Positions 19,569 through 30,323 of a stretch of 64,000 nucleotides of DNA are shown here, piece by piece. Each line of letters opens with the position of its first letter. Within the stretch, counting starts at the first letter, position 1. The stretch comes from an uncultured virus (IMG/VR IMGVR_UViG_3300031240_000004) (lineage: Duplodnaviria; Heunggongvirae; Uroviricota; Caudoviricetes). The notes under the pieces are model-generated. The model made no database searches. It was not told where the DNA came from and saw only the letters and a program-made list of their open reading frames with translations. The stretch lies in the IMG/VR virus record IMGVR_UViG_3300031240_000004. One strand, 5' to 3'. A program made the position numbers and the translations under genes.

Positions 19569-20297
19569 ATGGCAGACGCAGACGACAAGAGCGCGGGCGC
19601 AGCGGGCGGAGCCGAAGGTGGCGGGGCGGCAGCGGCCGATCCGAAGCCGGCGGTGACGTTCAAGACCGAGGGCGAGTTTCTCGCCGCGGTCGAAAAGCGT
19701 TCGAAGGGCGCGATCTCGAAGGCAGTCGAGGCAGCGAAGGCCGAAATCCTGGGTTCGCTCGGGGTTGAGACTCTCGATGATCTCGGCAGCGTCAAGGAAC
19801 GCCTGGCCTCGACGGAGAAGACCGTCAGCGAGGCCGAGAAGCTCAAGGCCGCGCACGACAAGGCGGTCAAGGAACTCGACAAGGAGAAGCGCCGCGGCGG
19901 CGAGCTCACGGGGCGATTGCAGAAGATCGCCAAGCGGGACGCGCTGATGCCTTTCATGACCCAGGTCCGAGACTCCGAGGCGCTCGCGATGTTCGCCGAG
20001 CCGCATCTCGAGGTCGACGATGAGGGCGTGGTCACCGTGAAGAACGGTCGATCTGTCGAGGATCTGGTCGGCGATATTCTGAAGGCCAAGGACTACCTCA
20101 AAAACCCGGCGCACAAAGACGGCGCAGGGACGACCGCAACCGAGCCGCGGGCCGCCGCCGGCGGGAAGGGCAGCGATGCCCAGACCGACGACAAGGCGAA
20201 GACCAACGGAACGGAAGCGCCGAAATACAAGAGCTTCGGCGAAGCGATCATGGCCGATCTGAAGGCCAAGGGTCAGCTGCCGAGGGTCGGACCGTAA
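19569..20297 (+). CDS. Capsid scaffolding protein (putative)
   Basis: Charged coiled-coil protein between portal and capsid. Confidence 0.7.
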   Translation: MADADDKSAGAAGGAEGGGAAAADPKPAVTFKTEGEFLAAVEKRSKGAISKAVEAAKAEILGSLGVETLDDLGSVKERLASTEKTVSEAEKLKAAHDKAVKELDKEKRRGGELTGRLQKIAKRDALMPFMTQVRDSEALAMFAEPHLEVDDEGVVTVKNGRSVEDLVGDILKAKDYLKNPAHKDGAGTTATEPRAAAGGKGSDAQTDDKAKTNGTEAPKYKSFGEAIMADLKAKGQLPRVGP

Positions 20298-20309
20298 GAG
20301 GAGAATCCC

Positions 20310-21281
20310 ATGGCTGGCGTAACCGCAGCTGCCGCTTCAGGGGCCGTAGGCTCCATTCAGGATGCCCTTCGCCAACAGGCGATGTCGGGCGTTGTCGAGT
20401 CGCTCTTCAAGAACAACGAGGTGCTCGGAAACTTCGGGCCGCCGACGCCGTTCACCGGCGGATCGACGTTGAACGTCAAGCACCACTACGCGGGCAACGC
20501 GTCGGTGGGCACCTACTCGGAAGGTGACGCGCTCGGGGCCGCCGGCTCGCAGAGCTACCTCACCGCCCAGTGGGGCGCGGCCTATTACCGCGCGCAGATC
20601 CAGTTCACGGGCCACGCCCAGGATCAGCTGCTCAACGGCAGCCTGGAGACTGCGTTCTTCGATCAGCTCGGCCTCGAGTTCACGATGGCGGCCGAGGACC
20701 TCGTCGACCGCGTTTCGACCGACTGCCTTGGCACCGGTTTGACCGCGCCCGTCGGCATCCAGGGCATCGTCGACAGCTCGGGCACCATCGCGGGCCTGAA
20801 CCGCTCGACCTACTCCTGGTTCCAGGCGTACGAGGTCGTTGGCGGGACAACCACCGTTGCGATCTCCGATCTCGACGGCGCCATGCAGAACTCGAGCGAC
20901 TCCGACTACGCCGCGCAGATCACCGAGATCTGGACGTCGTGGAAGCAGGTCAACAAGCTGAAGGGGATCATCGGAAACCCGGGCACGGCGAACAACTCGA
21001 TCCGCATGGATCCGAGCCAGCCGAACATGTCGCTCAACACCGGCTCGATCGTGAACGGGATCAAGTACGGGAACATCGACATCAAGCCGATCCGCGACTT
21101 GACCAACTCGATCTTCCTCGGCCTGACCATGCCGACGTTCTTCCTGGGCCGCATGCGCGAGTGGCGCGTCGACCCGATCGCGAAGACCGACGACTCCAGC
21201 AAGTTCCTGCTGACCGGGGCGTGGGGCCTCGGCTGCCGGAACCCGAAGAAAAACTGGAAGGTCACCACCCTGACGGCGTAA
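20310..21281 (+). CDS. Major capsid protein
   Basis: 323 aa, GAGGAG ribosome site, strong codon bias, follows scaffold; GIQGIVD/IAGLNRSTYSWFQ pattern seen in phage capsid proteins. Confidence 0.8.
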   Translation: MAGVTAAAASGAVGSIQDALRQQAMSGVVESLFKNNEVLGNFGPPTPFTGGSTLNVKHHYAGNASVGTYSEGDALGAAGSQSYLTAQWGAAYYRAQIQFTGHAQDQLLNGSLETAFFDQLGLEFTMAAEDLVDRVSTDCLGTGLTAPVGIQGIVDSSGTIAGLNRSTYSWFQAYEVVGGTTTVAISDLDGAMQNSSDSDYAAQITEIWTSWKQVNKLKGIIGNPGTANNSIRMDPSQPNMSLNTGSIVNGIKYGNIDIKPIRDLTNSIFLGLTMPTFFLGRMREWRVDPIAKTDDSSKFLLTGAWGLGCRNPKKNWKVTTLTA

Positions 21282-21306
21282 CCCGCCGCCCCAAGGAGAG
21301 ACGCAC

Positions 21307-21912
21307 ATGTTCGATTTCAGCGTGATTCACGAGCCGGTCGCGAGCAAGCAGCGGGAAGCCGTCAGGCAGACCGTGTTGCGAGCTCTCAAAGACCTCTCGT
21401 TCACGTACACCGAGGTGCTCATGGCTCCAGAGCCGATCCGGACCATGGCGCTCGAGATCCTCGACGGCATTTCCAGCCAGAACGGGATCCCACAATCGGT
21501 GGGCAACGCGCTCGACGTCGGACCTGTGCGTCTCATAGCCATCGACAAAAACGGGGTCATCAAGATCTCGCGCTGGGGAAATCGCAACATCTACGGAACG
21601 ACCGTCGAGGCCGCGCCGCAGAAGTTCAGCGAGAGCTTCGGCAACGATGCCGTCGTGACCGATGCGTACCCGGAACGGCTCGCCCGCAACGTGCTTCGGC
21701 GCGAAGGGTGGCCGTCCCGGAACCTGTCGTCTCGCGGCACCAACCAGGGATCGATCGTGGAGTGGAAGTGGATCGAGAAGCGGGCGAGGCAGCCCGATGC
21801 ACCGTCAGAGGTGCTCGACATCTACAACGACCTCCTCGAGCGCATGACGGCGTCGCAGCCGGCGCCGACCAACAAGTCCAAATCGACCGGCCCCGCGCCG
21901 GCTCATCCGTAG
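21307..21912 (+). CDS. Hypothetical protein in head module
   Basis: AAGGAG ribosome site; 201-aa ORF. Confidence 0.55.
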   Translation: MFDFSVIHEPVASKQREAVRQTVLRALKDLSFTYTEVLMAPEPIRTMALEILDGISSQNGIPQSVGNALDVGPVRLIAIDKNGVIKISRWGNRNIYGTTVEAAPQKFSESFGNDAVVTDAYPERLARNVLRREGWPSRNLSSRGTNQGSIVEWKWIEKRARQPDAPSEVLDIYNDLLERMTASQPAPTNKSKSTGPAPAHP

Positions 21913-21921
21913 GAGACTCCC

Positions 21922-22290
21922 ATGAGCGTCACCTTCACCATCATTGACACCAGCGACACCTGCAACAACGCCGACGGCAAGAAGCGCATTTACGGAACCC
22001 TGAGCTTCACCAACCCGTACAGCACCGGCGGCGAGACGTTCTCGGTCGCGACCTACTTCCCGAACAAGTTCCTGGGCGGCGTCATCACCAGCGTTCAGCA
22101 GTCGGTGTCGACCGACAACTCCGGGATCGTGTCGACCGGCAAGTTCCGCGGCGACGCGACGTCGACGAACGCCGTCATCCAGCTGTTCAACATCGGGCTG
22201 TCCGCGACCACTAAGGCCGGCCTGCTCGTCGACAACACGGTCGCGAACATCTCGAACATCACCTGCAACATCGAGCTGGTCGGCTACTAG
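21922..22290 (+). CDS. Putative virion (decoration-like) protein
   Basis: AGGAG ribosome site; Thr/Ser-rich beta-type composition; head module. Confidence 0.5.
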   Translation: MSVTFTIIDTSDTCNNADGKKRIYGTLSFTNPYSTGGETFSVATYFPNKFLGGVITSVQQSVSTDNSGIVSTGKFRGDATSTNAVIQLFNIGLSATTKAGLLVDNTVANISNITCNIELVGY

Positions 22291-22638
22291 GATGGACGGC
22301 GAGGAGTCGCAGGAAACCGCCCCGTCTGACGTCGAGGAATCGGCGCCGCCGGCGGACGTGACCGTCGTGATCGAGGCTGAGCCGGCCGAGCCGGAAGCCC
22401 CGATCGTTCCTGCGCCTCCGTCCGCCGCCGCTCCCGATCCGATGGCCGGCGTCATCGCTCGCCTGATCGCGTCCTACCCGGCGCGCGCCGGTGAGATCGT
22501 CAAGGGCGTTGTCGCGGTGGGCGCCCCCGTTGTCTCGCGCATGCCGGTCGCGGTGCCTGGCGGCTGGGATCAGAAGACGCTCAGCACGCACCAGAAATAC
22601 CGCCTCGTCGACGGAACCATTCTGCCGCTGGAGATCTG

Positions 22639-23511
22639 ATGGCCGACCGCCTGCTCTATGCCACGCCGACCGGGAAGCATCCGCATCCCGCGTTCGTCGC
22701 GTCGGCTCGCACGATCGAGCTCACGTGCCGCTCGTTCGAGCGCAACGTGCACGACTTCCTGTTTGCCGCCGGCCCCGTCCAGATGGCGCGTTCGACGATC
22801 GCCGAACACGCCATCAATGACGGCTACGACTACCTGCTGATGCACGACGACGACCTCGTCGTGAACCCTTCATCCAAGGTCGGCAACCCGCTTGACGTCT
22901 GGCATGACGTCTTCTATCGCGAGAAGGACGTTGGCGTGATCGGCGCGGTCTACCTGCGCGAGAGCCCGATGATTCCCGCGGTAGTGATGAGCCATCCGGA
23001 CTATCCCGAGGAGAACTGCCACGTCGTGAGCGGGCTTCCGCCGGCGCCGATGGCGGTCAGCGGGATCGCGACCGGCTTCATGATGATCCGCGTGTCGGCG
23101 CTTCGCGAGTTGCGCGACAAGGAAGACGGCGCTCACACGCTGTTCCGGTTCACCTTCAACATGACCCGCTGGGGCATCGTCAACAACACCGGCGAGGACT
23201 ACGACTTCTGCGCCCGTATGCGGGCCAACGGCTACAAGGTGCTGGCCGACGCGCGCTTCGACACCTGCCACATCAAGGAGTCTGGCCGCCTGGCCTACAA
23301 CCAGGCGGAGTGGGAGCGCTCCTGGGACGACAACGCGCCGGGCATCCGCGAGCGCGTGCAGGCATTGCGGGCCCAGTGCCAACCGAAGATGGCGCTCAAG
23401 GCGATCAACGGCACGCTCTGCATCGACCACACTCCGCAGCTCGCGTTCGAGGCCGAGGAGACCGCCCGGGTGCGCGCCAAGCGCGCCGGCGCCGCCAAGG
23501 AGGCCGCCTGA
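22639..23511 (+). CDS. GT-A glycosyltransferase-like protein inside the virion operon
   Basis: YDYLLMHDDDL (DxD), GIATGFMMI, GEDYDFC. Confidence 0.7.
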   Translation: MADRLLYATPTGKHPHPAFVASARTIELTCRSFERNVHDFLFAAGPVQMARSTIAEHAINDGYDYLLMHDDDLVVNPSSKVGNPLDVWHDVFYREKDVGVIGAVYLRESPMIPAVVMSHPDYPEENCHVVSGLPPAPMAVSGIATGFMMIRVSALRELRDKEDGAHTLFRFTFNMTRWGIVNNTGEDYDFCARMRANGYKVLADARFDTCHIKESGRLAYNQAEWERSWDDNAPGIRERVQALRAQCQPKMALKAINGTLCIDHTPQLAFEAEETARVRAKRAGAAKEAA

Positions 23512-23951
23512 TGTCTCGCGTGCAGATTCACGAGGCCCCGATCCAGTGGACCCGCGACCTCAACGGCTCGACGGCCGTTACGGTCTTCCCATCGCTCGCC
23601 ACCGACGGCGTGCCGATCCCGGCGTACACCGGCCGCAACGGCAGCCGCGTGCACGTGGGCGTCGACTACACGGCCGCCAGCGGCACGCTGAGCCTCACGG
23701 TGGGCCTTTACGGCTACACCAACCCGTCCACCACGTGGGCGACGTCGACATGGGTCTACCTGGCGAGCCTCAACGCCGGTGGCTCAATCGCGTCCGACAC
23801 CTCAAAATGGTCGTCGTCGGCGACTCGTATCACCCTCGCCGAGGTCTTCGGCGTCTCCGGCGAGAACTACACCCGCCTCGCGACTCGCATCGGGCCGCCC
23901 GGCGGCACGAGCCCGGTCGTCTCGACGTACATCGGCTTTCCGCTGGAGTAA
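23511..23951 (+). CDS. Putative virion protein
   Basis: Translationally coupled; Thr/Ser/Gly-rich. Confidence 0.5.
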   Translation: MSRVQIHEAPIQWTRDLNGSTAVTVFPSLATDGVPIPAYTGRNGSRVHVGVDYTAASGTLSLTVGLYGYTNPSTTWATSTWVYLASLNAGGSIASDTSKWSSSATRITLAEVFGVSGENYTRLATRIGPPGGTSPVVSTYIGFPLE

Positions 23952-23956
23952 CCACG

Positions 23957-24826
23957 ATGGCCATTCAGGTGGTCACGAAGAATCGTGGTGGCTCAATCGA
24001 GACGGAGTTTCTCGACCGCCAGGTCGCGAGCTGCGTCGTCACGGTCTACACGAGCCAGGGCGTCGCTAAGGTCAGCGCAGCGGCGTGCACGATCGATGCG
24101 TTCAACACCACGCTCGCGGCGCCGGCGGCCATCGGCGACACCGATATCGCGCTCGCCAACGCCACCAGCTGCGTTGTCGGGCGCCGCTACCGCGTTGGTT
24201 CAGGCGCGGGAACCACCAGCATCGCCGAGACAGTGACCGTTCAGAGCCTGAGCGCATCGACCGCAACGTTGATCGGACCCCTGCTCGCCGCGCACGCGAT
24301 GGGAACGACGGTCAAGGGGCTGCGCGCGTCCTACTCGGTCTCGAGCGCCGCGTGCGATCAGACGTGGGTGCAGGGATTTGCCGACTTCGACCCGCAGGAC
24401 GGCTCTGATATCCAGACCGAACACGTCGAGTGCTACCTGCGCAAGATCCCCGAGCAGGGGTGCGATGAGACAGACCTCCGTATTGTGTTTCCACAGGCGG
24501 GGAAGGCGCTCGACGCCGAGCTCGACATCCCCGCCGCGCTGAAAGAGGCGAGGGACATGTTCCTGCTCGACCTCGGGGGCAAGAACCGCGCGCACGTGTT
24601 CATCGGAACCGACATGTTTCGCCGCGCGGTCGCGCGTAAGTTCTGGCTGATGCGTCGGTTCTCGTTCGGCGAGGACTGGAAGCCGCAGATGGACGAGCTC
24701 CAGAAGGAATACGAGGCCCTGATTATGGACCTCCAGCAGCAACTGCCAGCCGACAACGACCAGGACGGCCGGACGTCTGGCATCGATGACGGCGGGTTCG
24801 TGGTCGCGACCGTGGAGCGCGCGTGA
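23957..24826 (+). CDS. Putative head-tail adaptor/connector
   Basis: Position; helical C-terminal half; GGAG ribosome site. Confidence 0.45.
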   Translation: MAIQVVTKNRGGSIETEFLDRQVASCVVTVYTSQGVAKVSAAACTIDAFNTTLAAPAAIGDTDIALANATSCVVGRRYRVGSGAGTTSIAETVTVQSLSASTATLIGPLLAAHAMGTTVKGLRASYSVSSAACDQTWVQGFADFDPQDGSDIQTEHVECYLRKIPEQGCDETDLRIVFPQAGKALDAELDIPAALKEARDMFLLDLGGKNRAHVFIGTDMFRRAVARKFWLMRRFSFGEDWKPQMDELQKEYEALIMDLQQQLPADNDQDGRTSGIDDGGFVVATVERA

Positions 24827-25599
24827 GCAACTACCGCGATCCATATGCCGGCGGCTATCGCCCGGGTGGCGGCTACCGCATCGGCGCGTACCCGGCTGTC
24901 AGCAGTAGCTCAGGGATCTTCGTGCCGCCTCTCGGCTTCACCGCGATCCTCGGGTACTCGGCGTCGAACATCAACGGTCAGTCAAACGTTGGCTTTGCCG
25001 ATGGCTTGCAGTTCAGCACGTGGACGAACCTTGGATCGCTCGGCACCGCTGGCGATGCCACGCAGGCGACCGGAGGATCGCGCCCGACGTTCATTCGAAA
25101 CGTGGGCACGCAGATCAACGGACGCTCGGCAGTGCGAGGCGCCGGTGGCCAGTCGGTTGCGACTGCATCGTTCACCGCTCAGGTGCAGCCGCTCACCTGG
25201 TTCGCGTTGGTGAAGTCGGACCTGACCGGCTCGGCCCAGGTCTTCTTCGGCTCACTCACCAGCCAGGAAGTCTTCATCGCGGTCGGCAGCCCGGGCAACG
25301 TGCAGTTCTACGCCGGCTCCACGGTGACATCGACGCTGACGATGCAAGCGAACAAGTACCACTCGATCATGTTCGCGGAAAACGGCGCGTCCTCGAGTGG
25401 ATCGCTGGATGGCACAGGCACCGGCGCGATCAGCACCGGCGCGCAGGGCATATCGCAACTGACGCTCATGGCGGACTCGACGCCAGCGAACTGGCTCAAG
25501 GGAGACCTCTGCGAGCTCTGGTGCTACGCCGGCGCCGCACCCACGCAGCCGCAATGGGACGCGAGCATCAACGCCTATTACGGGATCACTCCTTCGTGA
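24823..25599 (+). CDS. Concanavalin/LamG-like virion protein
   Basis: WTNLGSLG..ATQATGGSRP, INGR, WLKGDLCELWCY pattern. Confidence 0.55.
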   Translation: MSNYRDPYAGGYRPGGGYRIGAYPAVSSSSGIFVPPLGFTAILGYSASNINGQSNVGFADGLQFSTWTNLGSLGTAGDATQATGGSRPTFIRNVGTQINGRSAVRGAGGQSVATASFTAQVQPLTWFALVKSDLTGSAQVFFGSLTSQEVFIAVGSPGNVQFYAGSTVTSTLTMQANKYHSIMFAENGASSSGSLDGTGTGAISTGAQGISQLTLMADSTPANWLKGDLCELWCYAGAAPTQPQWDASINAYYGITPS

Positions 25600-25606
25600 G
25601 GATGGC

Positions 25607-26350
25607 GTGAGTGTTGTCCTTCCATCAAACGTGCTCGCCCAGTTTGCCGCGAACGTCGAGCTCGTGGTCAACGCGTCGCCGTCGAGCGGCAAGTTCACGC
25701 GCGCGAACTACCGATTCACGCTCGACGAGCAGCCAGCGAGTGCGCCTGACGGCATGTACTTCCTCGACATGCCGAGCATCGGTCCCCGCGAGACGCGTTG
25801 GGGCGATGGATCGAACATCACCAACGCCACCGTCACGGTTCGTCTGCTGTACAGCCGACCGGGCGGCGCACTGGGCGACGGCGACCGTCAGGGTGTTCTC
25901 CGCAATGCGGCCTCCGACTGCATCAAGCTCGGTGACGTCTGTGAGAACCCGAGCAACTACGGCGCGAGCACAAGCGGGATTCGCGTGGTCGTATTCCAGG
26001 GCGCGTCGCGCGTCACCGACCAAAAGCTGGGCGAAATCTGGGAGGCGCGGTTCTCCTGCCAGTGGCAGTCCGACATGGACACAACGACGGTGGCCGACTT
26101 GACGCAATCGCGCTTCATCCTCGATGGGATCAGCTCTGGCACCAACCAGCTGATCGCGTTCAACACGAACAGCCTATCGACGGGATCGGAGGCGTTCTGC
26201 GTTGCCGAGTTCCGCGTGTTCTACCTGAGCAAAACCGACGTGCAGGTTCCAGACAACGCGAGCATCGTGGCGGCGCTGGGCGGCGGCAACTGGCTGGCAG
26301 CGCTCTACACCAACCCGGTCACTGGCGTGACCACGACGAGCATCGGATGA
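25607..26350 (+). CDS. Putative tail completion/terminator-like protein
   Basis: Position in morphogenesis operon only. Confidence 0.35.
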   Translation: MSVVLPSNVLAQFAANVELVVNASPSSGKFTRANYRFTLDEQPASAPDGMYFLDMPSIGPRETRWGDGSNITNATVTVRLLYSRPGGALGDGDRQGVLRNAASDCIKLGDVCENPSNYGASTSGIRVVVFQGASRVTDQKLGEIWEARFSCQWQSDMDTTTVADLTQSRFILDGISSGTNQLIAFNTNSLSTGSEAFCVAEFRVFYLSKTDVQVPDNASIVAALGGGNWLAALYTNPVTGVTTTSIG

Positions 26351-26871
26351 GCAGCTCTACGCTCAGCGGAATGCCCAGCGAGGTGTCGACGAGCCTGCAA
26401 GCCGCGGCGACAACGCTCACGCTGACCGGGCTCAACGGCGATTTGGATGGCGACTATCGCATCATCATGGACATCAATATCGCCGTCAGCTCCACCGTCA
26501 TCGCTCTCCTGGTGAACGGGTCAGAAACGAATCTCGACTGGTTCTGCTCGAACGGATCCGTTGGCGGCACGACGCGCACCGATTGGAAGTTCTGCCAGAA
26601 CGGATCCTCTCCGACCACGTGGTCGGCGGGTGACTTCATTCAGTTCCGCGGCCACATCAACGCACGATCTGGGCGTGTCCGCTCTCTGTCGACAGAGACG
26701 TTTTACGCGATGAAGTTGGGATCCAAGACCGCATTCATTTCCTCGGGTCGTTACAACGACAGCACGACGAACATCACATCCTTCGGAATCAGCGCCAACC
26801 AAACCAACGGACTCGCGTCCGGAACCTATATCCGCTTTGTGAGGTCCCCGACATCCAACCCTTTAGCCTGA
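26347..26871 (+). CDS. Putative virion protein
   Basis: ATGA overlap; Ser/Thr-rich, ends TNITSFGI..GT.IR like tail-fibre C-terminal domains. Confidence 0.45.
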   Translation: MSSSTLSGMPSEVSTSLQAAATTLTLTGLNGDLDGDYRIIMDINIAVSSTVIALLVNGSETNLDWFCSNGSVGGTTRTDWKFCQNGSSPTTWSAGDFIQFRGHINARSGRVRSLSTETFYAMKLGSKTAFISSGRYNDSTTNITSFGISANQTNGLASGTYIRFVRSPTSNPLA

Positions 26872-26926
26872 CGCCTGGGACATCCCAGGTGGTTTACGCG
26901 AACTGGCTCGACAGCATCGTGTCCTA

Positions 26927-27919
26927 ATGTCTGAACACATCGCCACTTCCACCATGGCCATCCTGCCGTTGACGACGGTCGGAGTGAGCACGCTCATCGT
27001 GAACGTCATTCACGGTGCGGCCGACGAGCCAGGCGTGATCGACTGGGGCGTTGGCGTCTACGTTGACGGCGTTTTCTCGACGTCGTTGGTGCCGACTGTG
27101 GCGGGCTTGAACGTGTTCACGGTATCGCTCGGCGGCGGGACCCACTCGGTCGATCTGTGGAACTCGCTGACCGTGCGGCACCGCGGTGCATGCGTCTACT
27201 CGTATAGCGTCGATGCAGGGACTGCCACGATCAGGACGGTCACGCCGCCAACGCGTCGCATGGTGTTCTACACGGACTCAATCGGCGTCGGCGAGGTATC
27301 CGTACCCGCGACGCAGAAGTCATTCATCGCGCAGCTCCGCGGCGTCTATCCGGGACGGATCGCCATCTTCGGCTGGGGCTGGCACTCGCTCTTCGATGAC
27401 ACGGGGTCGGTGACCGCCGGCGGCCTGTACGGGTGCGGCGGGTTTCCGTCGTTGACGGCATGCGCGGCGGCGATCGTGGCCTATCTGCAGCGGGACAGCC
27501 CTGCAACGCGCGAGGTGATGTTGCTCATCGGCATCAACGACTGCACCCTGCAGTTGACCGATAGCCTCTTGGGATATTGGACGTCCACCGCATTCGGGAC
27601 CGCTTATGGGCAGTTCCTCGATGCAATCCATGCTGCGGATGCCGGCGTGCGCATCTATGCCATCAGCCCGATCATCACGACGCAGGAAGCGACGGCGAAC
27701 CGGTTTGGTGAGTTGCCGCCAGCCTACCGCGCGCAGGTGCTCGCGCAGGCCGCTACTCGAGCGTCGTTCGTTACGGGCGTGGACGGTACGACGCTTTGCA
27801 AGGCGTCCGGAATCGACTCCTTCCACCTGCACCCCACGAACACCGGTCATCAGGCGATCTTCGACGGGACCGGCTCGGCCGGCAACGGCAATAGCATGCG
27901 GGCGGTGTTGTCGGTATGA
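26927..27919 (+). CDS. SGNH/GDSL hydrolase-domain protein
   Basis: Block I-like VFYTDSIG, block III IGIND, block V DSFHLHP..TGH. Confidence 0.75.
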   Translation: MSEHIATSTMAILPLTTVGVSTLIVNVIHGAADEPGVIDWGVGVYVDGVFSTSLVPTVAGLNVFTVSLGGGTHSVDLWNSLTVRHRGACVYSYSVDAGTATIRTVTPPTRRMVFYTDSIGVGEVSVPATQKSFIAQLRGVYPGRIAIFGWGWHSLFDDTGSVTAGGLYGCGGFPSLTACAAAIVAYLQRDSPATREVMLLIGINDCTLQLTDSLLGYWTSTAFGTAYGQFLDAIHAADAGVRIYAISPIITTQEATANRFGELPPAYRAQVLAQAATRASFVTGVDGTTLCKASGIDSFHLHPTNTGHQAIFDGTGSAGNGNSMRAVLSV

Positions 27920-28380
27920 GCGCCGGCGCCACCATGGAAGGCACCGACCAGATCGCAGCCGCGATCCGCTCGAAGCTGCTCAAGACGAACGCGGCCATCG
28001 GCACGGTCACGATCGGCGTGGTGGCCGGCGGTCGTCGCGGATCGGCGAAGAACGCGCTGATCGCCCAGGTCCAGGCCGCGCGCCAGCGCAATCCCTGGTA
28101 CCTCGACAAGGACACGATGACCGCGATCCGGTTCGTGCTCCGTGGCGCGGGCGGAGAGAACGCCGACCTCGGCGCCATCTTTCGCCAGATCGGATCGCTC
28201 ATGGTCGACAGCGTTCGCCGGAACATCGGCGCCATGCGGAACGCGAACGGTTCGACGTTCGCCGAGCTGAGCGCGCGCTACGCGAATTTCAAACGCCGCA
28301 AATACGGTTTCATCCACCCGATCCTCCGGATGACGGGAGATCTCATGGATGGCCTGAAAGCGGTTGCCACGAAGCAGTAA
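27916..28380 (+). CDS. Putative neck/virion morphogenesis protein
   Basis: Basic protein with HPILRMTGDL motif, just before the major tail gene. Confidence 0.55.
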   Translation: MSAGATMEGTDQIAAAIRSKLLKTNAAIGTVTIGVVAGGRRGSAKNALIAQVQAARQRNPWYLDKDTMTAIRFVLRGAGGENADLGAIFRQIGSLMVDSVRRNIGAMRNANGSTFAELSARYANFKRRKYGFIHPILRMTGDLMDGLKAVATKQ

Positions 28381-28434
28381 ATCTCCGGGCGTGGGTGGGT
28401 GTGGTGACCGTCAATTGACGAGGAGAAAGACACG

Positions 28435-30081
28435 ATGCCGAACGAACCAAGACGACAAGTACAAGACATCTTCATGACCTGCGCTCAGCCGCAGTACAAC
28501 AGCCCCCAGGAGTTGGTGCCGCGCGGGATCCCGATCTCGGGGATGACCACGACGACGTTCACCTCCGCGACCGTGACGTCGGCATTGGTGGGATGCATCG
28601 CGATGCCCGCCGACGGCCTGCGCGACTACCCGCGCATGGTGAAGTCGGTCAGCGGCACGACCGCGACCGTCGATAAGGCATGGAACAACACCACGGGCGT
28701 CACCAACATCCGGATCTGGCTGCCGCCCGACGTGCCCGCGCGCTCGACCGGCACGGGGACAACGACGGCGCTCACCAGTACGCCGCACGCGTCGATCACG
28801 AACGAGCCAAACAACTACTGGAATAGCACCACGAAGGGCTACTTCCTGCTCGGCTACACCGGCACGAACGCTGGCGGGGCCTATCGAATCAACACGTTCA
28901 CCAGCGGGACCAGCGTATTCGATACGACCGGATTTCCGTTCACCGGTGCCCCGGCTGACGGCGATCTGTTCCTGCTGCGCAAGAGCTTGCGCCCCGAGGC
29001 GCCCCCGGAGATCGTCGTCAACCCGAAGACCGTCACGCGGCGAATCGTCGGGCAAAAGGACGCCGACGCCGCGGTGCCGGTGACGATCGAGGCGTCGGTG
29101 GCATTCTCGCTGCCGCAGCGCCCGATCTCCACGCCAGGGACAGGCGCGACGGTGTTTCCGACGGCACCGCTCGAAATCGGCGACCTCCTGCAGGACTTCA
29201 TGACCGAGACGCTTTCGGCCGGCATGACGGGGTCGAGCCTGAGCGGAACGACGCTGAGCGTAGGCGGCGCGACCGCGCCCGTGGGATCGTTCGTTCTGGC
29301 TCACACCGGCGAAGCTGCTCAGCTCCTCGCGGTCTCGGGAAGCACCTACACGATCGGCACGGGCCAGATCAGCTCCGTTCCGTTCAACCTGATCACCACG
29401 GCGATGCAGGGGTCCGCCCACTATGTCATGAAGACGTCGGACTTTCGGAACCGACTCTTCGACATCTACCGCGGGCGAATCCACCGCCACCTGATCTGCG
29501 GATGCTTCCCAACGCTGGAGATCGAAATCACCCGCGACCAGGTCGTGAAGTTCAACTTCAAGTACACCGGCGACTCGGCGTTCGAGTACCCGGCGGCCGA
29601 CCCGAACACGATCAGCACGAAGAAGATCCCGTTCGTCGACCAGACGGTGCCGTTCGACGGCAAGGCCGCGCGCTTCCTGCTCAACGGTGTGCGCGTGCTC
29701 TGCGGCGACATGAAGATCAACTTGGGGATCGCCCCAACGCCGCGCCCGTGCCTTCAGGGCGTCAACCAGATGGACGGCATGGCGGTGGACCTGACTCCGG
29801 TCACCTTCACGACCACGATCTTGGCCGACCAGGACGACGTCAGTGGGTTCGAGGCGCTGACCGACCGCCTGCGCGGCGGAGACGTGATCCAGATGCTCTA
29901 CCAGAAGGGCAGTTCGGGGGGCCAGACGTTCGTGGTCGGAATGCCGGCCGCGCAGCTCACGAAGGCACAGTTCGTCTACACCAATGGGCAGGGCGAGTAC
30001 CAGATCGAGGGCGTGTGTCAGCTGCCGGCGATCTCGGGGCTCGGCGACACGGTGCCCAGCTTTGCCTTGGGGTGGCTCTGA
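28435..30081 (+). CDS. Major tail (tube) protein with extra domains
   Basis: GAGGAG site, 548 aa Thr-rich, directly upstream of chaperone and tape measure genes. Confidence 0.65.
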   Translation: MPNEPRRQVQDIFMTCAQPQYNSPQELVPRGIPISGMTTTTFTSATVTSALVGCIAMPADGLRDYPRMVKSVSGTTATVDKAWNNTTGVTNIRIWLPPDVPARSTGTGTTTALTSTPHASITNEPNNYWNSTTKGYFLLGYTGTNAGGAYRINTFTSGTSVFDTTGFPFTGAPADGDLFLLRKSLRPEAPPEIVVNPKTVTRRIVGQKDADAAVPVTIEASVAFSLPQRPISTPGTGATVFPTAPLEIGDLLQDFMTETLSAGMTGSSLSGTTLSVGGATAPVGSFVLAHTGEAAQLLAVSGSTYTIGTGQISSVPFNLITTAMQGSAHYVMKTSDFRNRLFDIYRGRIHRHLICGCFPTLEIEITRDQVVKFNFKYTGDSAFEYPAADPNTISTKKIPFVDQTVPFDGKAARFLLNGVRVLCGDMKINLGIAPTPRPCLQGVNQMDGMAVDLTPVTFTTTILADQDDVSGFEALTDRLRGGDVIQMLYQKGSSGGQTFVVGMPAAQLTKAQFVYTNGQGEYQIEGVCQLPAISGLGDTVPSFALGWL

Positions 30082-30323
30082 GCCATGGACATCCTTGGCA
30101 TCATCGCGGCGCTCGCGCCCGACCACATCGCGCACGTCCCACACACGCAACTCGACGCGCCCGGCACCGACATTCAGGTCCAGTGCGCGTGCAGTGTGCG
30201 ATTCACGTTCCTGGCGACTGAGATCGCGAAGCTTGAGCCGGCCGAGAAGGCGGCGATCGCGTTCACATCGGCTGCACCGGTAGCGGCTCCGACGCACGAC
30301 GACGACCCGAAGGAGGCGGCGTA

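Noticed and set aside
26875..26896. CCTGGGA-CA-TCCCAGG inverted repeat as an intrinsic terminator
   Set aside because: Very short loop and no proper U-tract; may be a binding site but there is no further support
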